Source of the DNA: an uncultured Bacteroidota bacterium
Lineage (GTDB): Bacteria; Bacteroidota; Ignavibacteria; UBA10030; UBA6906
Reading direction: 5' to 3'
Length of the DNA: 64,000 nucleotides
Assembly: GCA_963700635.1 (NCBI GenBank)
Contig: CAVOYH010000001.1
Coordinates: 224,001 to 288,000 of the forward strand
Within the stretch, counting starts at the first letter, position 1. Every line of letters starts with the position of its first letter. A program made the translations under genes and the position numbers. Under the pieces are notes generated by a model, which was not told the origin of the DNA, searched no databases, and saw only the letters and a list, made by a program, of their open reading frames with translations. Shown here piece after piece: positions 19,663-31,005 of the stretch.

Positions 19663-20772
19663 TCACACGATCATAATGGGCGATGTGTTTGTGGTGGCCG
19701 CAGTGACCACGACGCCGGGAGATGACTCATGAAGCGCGTCCCGCAGGTACCGTGTGACGGCCTGCACCACGGGAAGTTCTGTCTCATAATGGCCTGCGTC
19801 AATCAGGGCTATCGATCCGGCAGCGTCATGGAACGTGTGGTACCGGACATCAGCGGTTACAAAGGCATCTGCGCCGGCAGCGATTGCATCATGGAGCAGG
19901 TCAGCGCCCGCGCCGCCACAGACGGCAACAGTCCGGATACGGGATGTGCGCGCGCGTGTGTGCCGCATCGGCCCTGTTTTGAGTTTTGTCCGTACGAGGC
20001 GGAGAAATGCGACAAGCGGAAGCGGGGCGCGAAGCAGCCCGATGGCTCCCATGCCGGTGCCGGGATGCAGGTTTTCAAGTGGATAGACATCATAGGCGAC
20101 TTCTTCATACGGATGGGCTTTTTGCATCGCTTCAATGACGGCCGGGAGGACCCGCTGATCTACCAACATCTCCAGGCGGACTTCTTCAACCTGTTCAAGC
20201 CTCCCGCGCTTTCCTGCCCGTGGTGAGGAGCGGTCATTACCACGAAAGGTGCCGTTGCCCCGGACGCGGAACGAACATGCTTCATAATTGCCGATGATTC
20301 CTCCACCCGCCGCCGTCATCGCCTCCGCTACGCGGTCCACCGCCGTTTCGGGAACGAACGAAACAACTTTGCGATAGGTTCGGGCGTGCCGGGAGAGAAA
20401 GCGGACCTGCTGAAGGCCGAGCTTGTCGGCGAGGGCAAAACTTGTTCCACCGGGTGCAAAATCGAGATTTGTGTGCGACGCGTAGAGGGCTTTTCCGTTT
20501 TTGATCAGGGCCTCAAGAATCCGGCCTTGACCCGTGGAGCTGTCCAGCGTGCGCAGGGGTTTAAATATGAGAGGATGGTGCGTGATAATCAGATCAGCGT
20601 TCCGCCGTGTCGCCTCGCGGACCAGATCTGATGTGGCCTCAAGTGCTACCAGGATTCGTCGGACCGGCGCCTCAGGGTTGCCCACCTGAAGTCCAACATT
20701 GTCTTTCTCCCAGGCGAGGTCCCGTGGGGCCCAGCGTTCCATGAGAGTAGCGACGTCGCTTACCCGCAGCAT
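19663..20772 (-). CDS. Nif3-like dinuclear metal centre hexameric protein with PII-like insert (YqfO type)
   Basis: DNVGLQVG, ITHHPLIF, SHTNLD, AHPYEEVAYD, CGGAG, DAGHYETE. Confidence 0.96.
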   Translation of the reverse strand: MLRVSDVATLMERWAPRDLAWEKDNVGLQVGNPEAPVRRILVALEATSDLVREATRRNADLIITHHPLIFKPLRTLDSSTGQGRILEALIKNGKALYASHTNLDFAPGGTSFALADKLGLQQVRFLSRHARTYRKVVSFVPETAVDRVAEAMTAAGGGIIGNYEACSFRVRGNGTFRGNDRSSPRAGKRGRLEQVEEVRLEMLVDQRVLPAVIEAMQKAHPYEEVAYDVYPLENLHPGTGMGAIGLLRAPLPLVAFLRLVRTKLKTGPMRHTRARTSRIRTVAVCGGAGADLLHDAIAAGADAFVTADVRYHTFHDAAGSIALIDAGHYETELPVVQAVTRYLRDALHESSPGVVVTAATTNTSPIMIV

Positions 20773-20787
20773 GTGTGATCCAGGTAG

Positions 20788-20818
20788 AAAAAAAAGAATC
20801 CCGCCTCTGGGCGGGATC
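20788..20818 (-). terminator. Intrinsic terminator ending ~15 nt upstream of the nif3 start codon
   Basis: Minus strand ATCCCGCC-CAGA-GGCGGGAT-TC-T8. Confidence 0.85.
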
Positions 20819-20943
20819 GTAACGCGTTGTCCGTGTGTGCTTCCGTTCGTCGAAGTTCTTTAACAGTATGCGGTTTTAGTTTCACGTGTGAGCGGCGGAC
20901 AACTCTAAGGTTTTAATTTGGGTCCGATGACATCGCATCGGGA
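20788..20943 (-). ncRNA. Putative uncharacterised structured RNA (sRNA or attenuator leader of the nif3 operon)
   Basis: Bounded by a consensus-like promoter and a terminator; contains two stems and a duplicated A-rich motif; only very short ORFs without an RBS. Confidence 0.6.
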
Positions 20944-20948
20944 CTACT

Positions 20949-20977
20949 AATATACCAAGAGGAGGGGAGAGAAGCAA
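20949..20977 (-). promoter_or_regulatory. Sigma70-type promoter
   Basis: TTGCTT-N17-TATATT on the minus strand. Confidence 0.7.
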
Positions 20978-20985
20978 GATCCCGG

Positions 20986-21664
20986 TCAGAGTCTCGCAAA
21001 ATCGATTTTCTCGAAATTTAAGTCACGAAGCCGGGATATCTTCCCGTTCTACCAGCCCGATCTGTGCGTCAATCGCCTGTACAAGCTTTTTGTCTCCGTC
21101 GCTCAGATTCTGCCGGAGGAGGATATCTGTGCTGATCTTGATGGCTGCCAGCGGGTTGTTAAACTCATGGCAAACCGTGACAACGAGCTCGTGAATGGCG
21201 TCCGTCCGTTTTCTTGCGATCAAGTCGGTTTTGGCCTGTGTGGCAATTCGCTGCTTTAAGTGGACTCGTTCCAGGATATTGATGATTGTGCGTGGAAGCA
21301 CAGAATCAACAGCTTCATCCTTGATGAGGTAGTCTTCCACTCCGTATTTCATGACTTCAATGGCCAGCCGGAAGTCCCGGTTTGAGGTCAGAAAAATGAT
21401 CGGGATGTCGATGTTTCGGGCCCGGATCTCGCGGGTGAGTTCCAGGCCGTTCATCTCGGGGAGATAGTAGTCTACAACCAGCATGTCCAGAGGAGGACGG
21501 GTGTCGAGGAACTCCAGCCCGGAGTGGGGATCCTGTTTCCAGACGGTCAGAAACCTGCGCCCCTGGTACTTCGAGAGAAGGTGCCGGGCCACCGCCATGT
21601 AACTGGCATCGTCGTCAATGAAGAGCAGGCGGATAGGGGGTGAAGATTCCATCTGAGGGTCCAT
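20986..21664 (-). CDS. Response regulator receiver fused to a HisKA dimerisation/phosphoacceptor domain, no ATPase domain; probable +1 frameshift near 21042
   Basis: LLFIDDD, VVDYYLPEMNG, H-box TVCHEFNNPLAAI. As read it stops at 21023; removing one base gives ...VEREISRLRDLNFEKIDFARL* ending at 20986. Confidence 0.8.
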
Positions 21665-21675
21665 AATCGTGCTCA

Positions 21676-21704
21676 AGTATAACATATGTGCCCGAGAGAT
21701 GCAA
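21676..21704 (-). promoter_or_regulatory. Sigma70-type promoter for the REC-HisKA gene
   Basis: TTGCAT-N17-TATACT on the minus strand. Confidence 0.65.
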
Positions 21705-21718
21705 TGTCCCTTTTCCGG

Positions 21719-21747
21719 TTGATTTTGTGCTGATCATTGACTATACT
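21719..21747 (+). promoter_or_regulatory. Sigma70-type promoter for the divergent response regulator pair
   Basis: TTGATT-N17-TATACT. Confidence 0.65.
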
Positions 21748-21833
21748 CCCCAAGAGTACGGTCATTGTGACCGCAAAAGTGGTGAGAACAGCGGGGACTG
21801 CACTTCACTCACAATTCGCGGGAGAACCTATAG

Positions 21834-22202
21834 ATGGCCAAAAAGAGCAAGATTCTTGTGGTTGACGACGAGGAAGCACTTCGTAGCGTTCTCAGCAGCG
21901 AGTTGATAAACGAAGGATACGAGGTTCTTACCGCATCGGATGGCGATGAGGCCATCACAGAGGTGGACAAGACGCCGTTTGACCTTGTGCTGCTGGACAT
22001 CAAAATGCCGCGCGTGAACGGATTTGAAGTCCTAAAGCACATCAAGGAACGCCCGACCCGGACCAAAGTGGTGATGCTGACAGGTTTCGCGGATCTGAAG
22101 AACGCGATTGAGTCCAAAAAACTGGGGGCCGACGACTTTGTCAGCAAACCGTATGATCTTGTGGATCTGCTGACGACCATCGAACGTGTTCTGAATGAAT
22201 AG
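21834..22202 (+). CDS. Single-domain response regulator
   Basis: ILVVDDE, LLDIKMP, MLTG, FVSKPY; 122 aa. Confidence 0.95.
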   Translation: MAKKSKILVVDDEEALRSVLSSELINEGYEVLTASDGDEAITEVDKTPFDLVLLDIKMPRVNGFEVLKHIKERPTRTKVVMLTGFADLKNAIESKKLGADDFVSKPYDLVDLLTTIERVLNE

Positions 22203-22246
22203 CCGCCATTGCCTCCCACGGTGCACACTCTAAGCGCGGCGGGAGT

Positions 22247-23617
22247 ATGGCAAAAAAATACAACCTCCTCGTTGTAGACGACGAAGCCCCCCTCCGGCTT
22301 CTCCTGGAAAGTGAACTCTCCGAAGCTGATGAATTTGCGGTGGATGTTGCCGCAGATGGCGGAGAGGCGATCAACCTGATCCAGGGAAATGTGTACGATG
22401 TAATCCTGCTCGATGTCCGCATGCCCCGCGTCAGCGGAATAGAAGTGCTGAAGTTCGTACAGGAATACTCTCCGACGACCCAGGTCATTATCCTCACCAA
22501 CTACGCAGACATCAAAACCGCCATCGAGACGATCAAACTCGGGGCGTATGATTTTCTTGCAAAACCGTATGACATAGAAGAGATTTTTAATACGATCCAT
22601 CGCGCTCTTGAACGGCGCGCCCTGTTTATTGACAACAAGCTGATGAAGAGCGAACTCTCCCGCAAAACGGGCGCACATGAACTGATCGGCCAGAGCCCTG
22701 TGTTCCTGCAGATGATCGAGAGCGCAACACGGTTTGCTGAAAGTGAATCGTTTGTGCTCATCCAGGGAGCAAGTGGAACCGGCAAAGAACTTATCGCCAA
22801 CCTGATCCACCGGCGCAGCACACGAAACAACCGGCCCTTCGTTGCGGTCAACTGCGCATCGATTCCCGATGCCCTGCTGGAAAGTGAGCTGTTCGGTCAC
22901 GAAAAAGGCGCATTCACCAATGCTTTTTCCACGAAACAGGGACTCGTGGAAGTGGCAAACGGCGGAACCCTCTTTCTGGATGAAGTCGGTGACATCAGTC
23001 CGGCTATCCAGCCGAAACTCCTGCGGTTTCTGGAGACAGGGGAATTCCGCCGCGTTGGAGGAACGAATCTCCTCACCGTCGATGTACGCGTGGTGAGTGC
23101 CTCAAACAAGGATCTTCGCGAAGAAGTGGCTGCCGGCAAATTTCGGGAGGATCTTCTCTACCGGCTGAATGTGGTGTCGGTGCGTATGCCATCCCTCCGG
23201 GAACGGGCCGACGATATCCCTATTCTTGCCGAATATTTTCTTGAGCGGAAAGCCAAATCGAAAAATATCAAACGTCTCTCGGACGGCGCGCTGGCGTTGC
23301 TCCTGACTCACACCTGGCCCGGTAACGTGCGTGAACTGGAACATGTGATCGAAGGGGCAATCCTCCTCTCCTCGGGAGAGATCATCGAGGAACATGATCT
23401 CCTGATGTACTTCCAGCGTACAGAGCCGAATCTTGTCACTCCCGCACCGCAGAAGACGGCGGGTTCCATTACCCTTGATGAACTGGAACGTCAGCATATC
23501 GAACGGACGCTCCGCGAGCAGCAGTTTAACCGCGCACGCACAGCCCAGGTGCTCGGGATCAGCAAAAAGACACTTTACTTGAAGATCAAGCGGTACGGGC
23601 TGAGGATCGACGAGTGA
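22247..23617 (+). CDS. NtrC-family sigma-54-dependent response regulator
   Basis: Receiver domain, GASGTGKE, ESELFGHEKGAFTNA, FLDEVG, WPGNVREL, Fis-type HTH. Confidence 0.95.
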   Translation: MAKKYNLLVVDDEAPLRLLLESELSEADEFAVDVAADGGEAINLIQGNVYDVILLDVRMPRVSGIEVLKFVQEYSPTTQVIILTNYADIKTAIETIKLGAYDFLAKPYDIEEIFNTIHRALERRALFIDNKLMKSELSRKTGAHELIGQSPVFLQMIESATRFAESESFVLIQGASGTGKELIANLIHRRSTRNNRPFVAVNCASIPDALLESELFGHEKGAFTNAFSTKQGLVEVANGGTLFLDEVGDISPAIQPKLLRFLETGEFRRVGGTNLLTVDVRVVSASNKDLREEVAAGKFREDLLYRLNVVSVRMPSLRERADDIPILAEYFLERKAKSKNIKRLSDGALALLLTHTWPGNVRELEHVIEGAILLSSGEIIEEHDLLMYFQRTEPNLVTPAPQKTAGSITLDELERQHIERTLREQQFNRARTAQVLGISKKTLYLKIKRYGLRIDE

Positions 23618-23695
23618 TGTGGTCGCCTTGATTTTCGACACTGATTTTCGTTCTTTTTCTCTACTTGTCACTCTAACCGCAAAACAGACATACAT

Positions 23696-26373
<2,678 letters not shown>

Positions 26374-26383
26374 GCCGGGCCGC

Positions 26384-27460
26384 ATGAACAAATACGCGAA
26401 AAGAGTCACTCGGCTGCGCACACTCCTGGAGGAACAGCGGCTCGACGCGCTTATCGTTACATCCCTTATCCACCTGCAATATCTCACAGGCTTTACCGGA
26501 ACACACGGCCTCGCCGTGGTTACCCGACGCGAGGTGTATTTTATAACCGACTCACGGTATCGTGCACAAGCTGCGCGCCAGGTTCGAGCTGCTCAACGCC
26601 TGCTGACACAGCACCCGCTTCTCGTGGCGATGGCAGACCATCACTGCCTTTCACGGTGCAAACGAACCGGATTTGAGTCCCATGACATGACCTATCAGCA
26701 GTACCGGACCCTCAGGAAGACGTTTCCGGGAAAGGTGTTTGTCCCGACATCAGGCATTGTTGAAAACCTGCTGCTCGTGAAGGAATCCTCAGAGCTGGCG
26801 TCCATGCGCAGTGCAATGCGCATCACCGATTTAGTCTTCGCGGAGGTACTCCCTCTCCTCCGGCCGGGGATGCGCGAGAACGAGGTGGCGGCAGAGATCT
26901 CGTACCGGCACCGGCGCCTCGGGGCAGACGGAGACGCTTTTATCCCCATTGTAGCGAGTGGAGTCCGTGGCGCTCTGCCGCATGCAAGGGCATCCGATAA
27001 GATCCTTCGGCATGGGGAAATGGTAACGCTCGACTTCGGGTGCACGGTCGACGGATATCACTCTGATCTCACCCGGACGGTGGCTCTCGGCCGCGTAAGC
27101 CAGCGTGCACGCAAGGTCTATGATGTCGTACGGCGTGCCCAGCAGGCCGCACTGGCAGCAGCCCGCGGTGGAATACGCGCCCGCGCATTGGATGCCGTGG
27201 CCCGGGATGTTATCACCGGTGCCGGATATGGCGATGCGTTCTCACACTCGCTCGGACACGGACTCGGCCTACATATCCACGAACGCCCCAGAGTGTCACC
27301 TTTGAGCAACGAGATCCTGGTTGCCGGCAGCGTCATCACTGTCGAGCCCGGTATCTATATCCCCGGTTGGGGTGGTGTCCGTATTGAAGATGATGTTCTC
27401 TTGATGCAAAGAGGAAACACCGTGCTGACGACTGCTCCTAAAGACCTGATGGTTCTCTGA
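26384..27460 (+). CDS. Xaa-Pro aminopeptidase (M24B)
   Basis: YLTGFTG, TDSRY, LDFG..YHSDLTRT, HSLGHGLGL.IHE, TVEPGIY, GVRIEDD. Confidence 0.95.
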   Translation: MNKYAKRVTRLRTLLEEQRLDALIVTSLIHLQYLTGFTGTHGLAVVTRREVYFITDSRYRAQAARQVRAAQRLLTQHPLLVAMADHHCLSRCKRTGFESHDMTYQQYRTLRKTFPGKVFVPTSGIVENLLLVKESSELASMRSAMRITDLVFAEVLPLLRPGMRENEVAAEISYRHRRLGADGDAFIPIVASGVRGALPHARASDKILRHGEMVTLDFGCTVDGYHSDLTRTVALGRVSQRARKVYDVVRRAQQAALAAARGGIRARALDAVARDVITGAGYGDAFSHSLGHGLGLHIHERPRVSPLSNEILVAGSVITVEPGIYIPGWGGVRIEDDVLLMQRGNTVLTTAPKDLMVL

Positions 27461-27461
27461 C

Positions 27462-28757
27462 ATGGCCCAGACCGCTCCCCGACGTCGTGTTCTCGTGGTT
27501 GCCTACTACTTCCCGCCGATGGGTCTCAGTGGAGTGCAGCGGACACTCAAGTTCGTCAAGTATCTTCCGCAGTTTGGATGGCAACCTACCGTCTTGACCG
27601 TTCAGCCTCAGGGCTACCTGGCCACCGACACCTCTTTATTGGACGATATAGCGGGAAGGGATATACTGATTGAGCGTACCGGAGCCGCCGGCCCGGGTAG
27701 ATTTCTCTCCCGGAATGCCGTGGTAGAATTTCCGGCAGAGTGGTCCCGGAAACTGCTCAGCAGGATCAGTGACACAGTGTTTGTGCCGGACAACAAGATC
27801 GGCTGGAAGCGGAAGGCTGTCGCACACGGACTTCGTCTTGCTCAAACCCGCCCTTTCGACCTGATCTTTTCCACTGGGCCTCCCTTCACTGATTTTCTCA
27901 TCGGGCGCGAGCTGAAGCGTGCATTAAATATCCCTCTCGTCCTGGACTACCGTGATCCATGGGTGGAATATCCCTTCAAGTTTTATCCCACCCCGGTGCA
28001 CAAATGGCTCAACATCAGGGCCGAGCGGGCGGCACTGCGCGCAAGCAGCCATGTCACAACAACCAACCGGCGAGTCAAGGAACTGCTGCTCCGCCGCCAC
28101 AGGTTTCTGACGTATCACGACATCGAAATCCTGTCTCAGGGATTCGATCCTGATGATTTTGCCCGTGCGGCGACGCCCGCGGAGCAAACACCGCCGCGCC
28201 GGAACCGCGCGATGCGCATTACCTACGCCGGCGTATTCTGGGAAGACCGAAAACCGGACTATTTTCTCCAAGCTCTGCACGACCTTTTGAAAGACAGGCC
28301 GAAACTCCGCGGACGAATCCAGGCAGTATTCGTGGGGCACTTCCGGGAAGAGAACAAGAAGCTGGTGGGACGTCTGGGACTGCAGGATTCGGTGAGCCTC
28401 CTGGGATATCTTCCGCACAACGAGTGTATCAGCGAACTGGTTGCGTCGGATGTGTTGTGGATGACCGTCGGCGACGATCTGGGATCACCCGGCAAGACAT
28501 ACGAGTATATCGGTGCCCGTAAACCCATTCTCGCGTGCGCCCCGGAGGGATTCATCAAGTCAACAGTTCTTGAAGCCGGCGGCATGGTTGTCCTTCCGGA
28601 CGACATCCCCGGCATCCGCAATGCCATTGAACAGTATTACGCACAATGGGAACGCCATGAGCTCAAAGGTCCCGCTGAGGATGTTGTGCAGAAATACAGC
28701 CGCGTAGCCCTTACGAATAGCCTGGTAAAGGTATTCGAGGCTCTGCTGGACTCCTGA
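27462..28757 (+). CDS. Glycosyltransferase family 4 (GT-B)
   Basis: AYYFPP..GVQR..KFVKYL, STGPP, DYRDPW, PGKTYEY. Confidence 0.9.
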   Translation: MAQTAPRRRVLVVAYYFPPMGLSGVQRTLKFVKYLPQFGWQPTVLTVQPQGYLATDTSLLDDIAGRDILIERTGAAGPGRFLSRNAVVEFPAEWSRKLLSRISDTVFVPDNKIGWKRKAVAHGLRLAQTRPFDLIFSTGPPFTDFLIGRELKRALNIPLVLDYRDPWVEYPFKFYPTPVHKWLNIRAERAALRASSHVTTTNRRVKELLLRRHRFLTYHDIEILSQGFDPDDFARAATPAEQTPPRRNRAMRITYAGVFWEDRKPDYFLQALHDLLKDRPKLRGRIQAVFVGHFREENKKLVGRLGLQDSVSLLGYLPHNECISELVASDVLWMTVGDDLGSPGKTYEYIGARKPILACAPEGFIKSTVLEAGGMVVLPDDIPGIRNAIEQYYAQWERHELKGPAEDVVQKYSRVALTNSLVKVFEALLDS

Positions 28758-28758
28758 T

Positions 28759-30081
28759 ATGAACATTCTTGTCATAGGATCGGGTGGTCGTGAACATGCG
28801 CTCGTTTGGGCCCTGCAAAGAAGCCCCGGAGTCCGACGTGTGATCAGCGCACCCGGGAATCCCGGTATTGCCGGGCTTGCGAACGTTTTCCCCGTAAACG
28901 CCGACGACATTCCTGCGTTGATGAATATTGCACGGCGGGAACTGGTCGATCTCACGGTTGTGGGTCCTGAACAGCCGCTCGCAAAGGGCATCGTGGATGA
29001 GTTTCTCCGGAACGGCCTTACTATCTTCGGTCCCACACAACGGGCTGCGGCTCTGGAGTGGAGTAAGGCGTTTGCCAAGGAGTTTATGGCGCGGCATAAC
29101 ATCCCGACAGCCCGATATACGATTGTCGGCAAGGAAAATCCGGGTCATGCACACGCTCGGCTGGACACATTTGATATGCCTGTTGTGCTGAAGGCGGACG
29201 GACTGGCAGCAGGAAAGGGAGTTGTTATTTGCAGCGATGCTCCAGAGGCACATGGAGTTCTTGAGACCATGCTGAGCGGGGAAAGTTTTGGGGAGGCAGG
29301 AAGCCGTGTTGTGATTGAGGAGCATATGAACGGAGAAGAGGCCTCGGTCTTCGCCATTACCGATGGAAGAGAGTATGTTCTGCTGGCGCCTGCCCAGGAT
29401 CACAAGCGCGCTCTGGACGGTGACCGGGGAAAAAACACCGGGGGTATGGGAGCCTATGCGCCGGCTCCGGTGGTTACGTCTGAGATCATGCGGCGCGTGG
29501 AAGCGGAGATCTTACGCCCGACACTCTCAGGTATGGCATCGGAGGGAAGTCCGTATTCGGGCTGTTTATATATCGGTTTGATGTTCACCGACAAGGGCCC
29601 GCGTGTTGTAGAATACAACTGCCGGTTTGGTGACCCGGAAACCCAGGTGGTATTGCCACTCTTCAAGGGTGATCTGGCCCGCACCCTGTTCGCTGCGGCC
29701 ACCGGCACACTCGGAACGGTGCCGCTCATCCCATGGAGCGTAACCGATTCTGCCACTGCAGCCTGTGTGGTACTTGCCGCGGGGGGATATCCTGACGGGT
29801 ACCGAACAGGAGACCCCATACGCGGTCTGGATTCGTTACACGGCATGGAGGGAGTCGTCGCGTTTCACGCTGGAACACGACTGGAGAAACAGGCTGTCGT
29901 AACGGCGGGCGGCAGGGTGCTGGGTGTCTCTGCCATGTCAGAATCGGGTGGCCTCGCTTCTACACTGGGACGATGTTATACTGCCATAGCGAAGATCAAC
30001 TTTGACAACATGCACTACCGGACGGACATCGGGCATCGCGCACGAGGGTTCACATCTACATCAACACATAGAAAAATATGA
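28759..30081 (+). CDS. purD: Phosphoribosylamine--glycine ligase
   Basis: GSGGREHAL, VGPEQPL, KADGLAAGKGV, NTGGMGAY, EYNCRFGDPETQ. Confidence 0.99.
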   Translation: MNILVIGSGGREHALVWALQRSPGVRRVISAPGNPGIAGLANVFPVNADDIPALMNIARRELVDLTVVGPEQPLAKGIVDEFLRNGLTIFGPTQRAAALEWSKAFAKEFMARHNIPTARYTIVGKENPGHAHARLDTFDMPVVLKADGLAAGKGVVICSDAPEAHGVLETMLSGESFGEAGSRVVIEEHMNGEEASVFAITDGREYVLLAPAQDHKRALDGDRGKNTGGMGAYAPAPVVTSEIMRRVEAEILRPTLSGMASEGSPYSGCLYIGLMFTDKGPRVVEYNCRFGDPETQVVLPLFKGDLARTLFAAATGTLGTVPLIPWSVTDSATAACVVLAAGGYPDGYRTGDPIRGLDSLHGMEGVVAFHAGTRLEKQAVVTAGGRVLGVSAMSESGGLASTLGRCYTAIAKINFDNMHYRTDIGHRARGFTSTSTHRKI

Positions 30082-31001
30082 ATATTCTTCTTACCGGAGG
30101 GGCCGGGTTTATCGGTTCCCATATCGCCGACGCGTATCTTGCCGGCGGGCATCGTGTAACCATCATCGATAATCTCTCCACGGGACGGCGGCAGAATGTC
30201 CCGGCTGGAGCGACATTTGTGGAAGCGGATATCCGTGATCCGGACGCTGTGGGGCGTGTGTTCGCGTCGTCCCATTTTGACCTCTTAAACCACCATGCCG
30301 CGCAGATGGACATCCGCCGATCCGTTGCAGATCCCGTGTACGATGCGTCCGTGAATATTCTCGGCGTGCTGACGCTTCTGCAGGAATGTGTCCGGACGGG
30401 TGTACAGCGTGTGGTGTTCGCCTCGAGTGGTGGTGCGGTGTACGGCGAACAGGAAACGTACCCCGCAGATGAGTCACACGCAACACACCCTATCTCGCCG
30501 TATGGTGTTGCCAAATTGACGACCGAGCATTACCTCTTCTACTATCACACGGTCTTCGGTACCGATATCGTGTGTCTGCGTTATGCCAATGTGTTCGGAC
30601 CCCGGCAGAATCCTGAAGGCGAAGCCGGTGTCGTTGCCATCTTCTCAAAAAAAATGCTCGCCGGTCAGGAACCCACCATAAACGGCGACGGCCGGCAAAC
30701 ACGGGATTATGTCTTCGTTAGCGATGTTGTGCACGCGAATATGCTGGTTTCCGGAGTGACGGGATTTCAGATATTTAATATCGGGACCGGCCGCGAAACG
30801 GATGTGACGCAGATCTTTCACGGGGTCCGTGAGGCCGCCGGGAGTGCCTGTCCGGAGCGTTATGGCGAAGCGAAAAAGGGCGAACAGCGCCGGAGTGTGC
30901 TTTCCCACGACCGTATCTGCAAGAGACTCGGATGGAAACCGGAGGTGACGTTGGAAGACGGCTTGCGCAGCACCGTCGATTACTTTCGTCAGAACAAGTA
31001 G
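30078..31001 (+). CDS. NAD-dependent epimerase/dehydratase (UDP-glucose 4-epimerase-like)
   Basis: TGGAGFIGSH, SSGGAVYG, YGVAK, GEAGVVAIF. Confidence 0.93.
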   Translation: MNILLTGGAGFIGSHIADAYLAGGHRVTIIDNLSTGRRQNVPAGATFVEADIRDPDAVGRVFASSHFDLLNHHAAQMDIRRSVADPVYDASVNILGVLTLLQECVRTGVQRVVFASSGGAVYGEQETYPADESHATHPISPYGVAKLTTEHYLFYYHTVFGTDIVCLRYANVFGPRQNPEGEAGVVAIFSKKMLAGQEPTINGDGRQTRDYVFVSDVVHANMLVSGVTGFQIFNIGTGRETDVTQIFHGVREAAGSACPERYGEAKKGEQRRSVLSHDRICKRLGWKPEVTLEDGLRSTVDYFRQNK

Positions 31002-31005
31002 GCAC

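Noticed and set aside
20885-20938. Short leader ORFs in the putative RNA (for example MRCHRTQIKTLELSAAHT*)
   Set aside because: No RBS, start lies inside the 5' hairpin, and no amino-acid enrichment suggesting a classical attenuator peptide; coordinates approximate.
20788-20943. Confident assignment of the intergenic RNA as 6S RNA or a known riboswitch
   Set aside because: It lacks the long closing stem of canonical 6S and I could not match any riboswitch consensus by eye; left unassigned pending an Rfam search.
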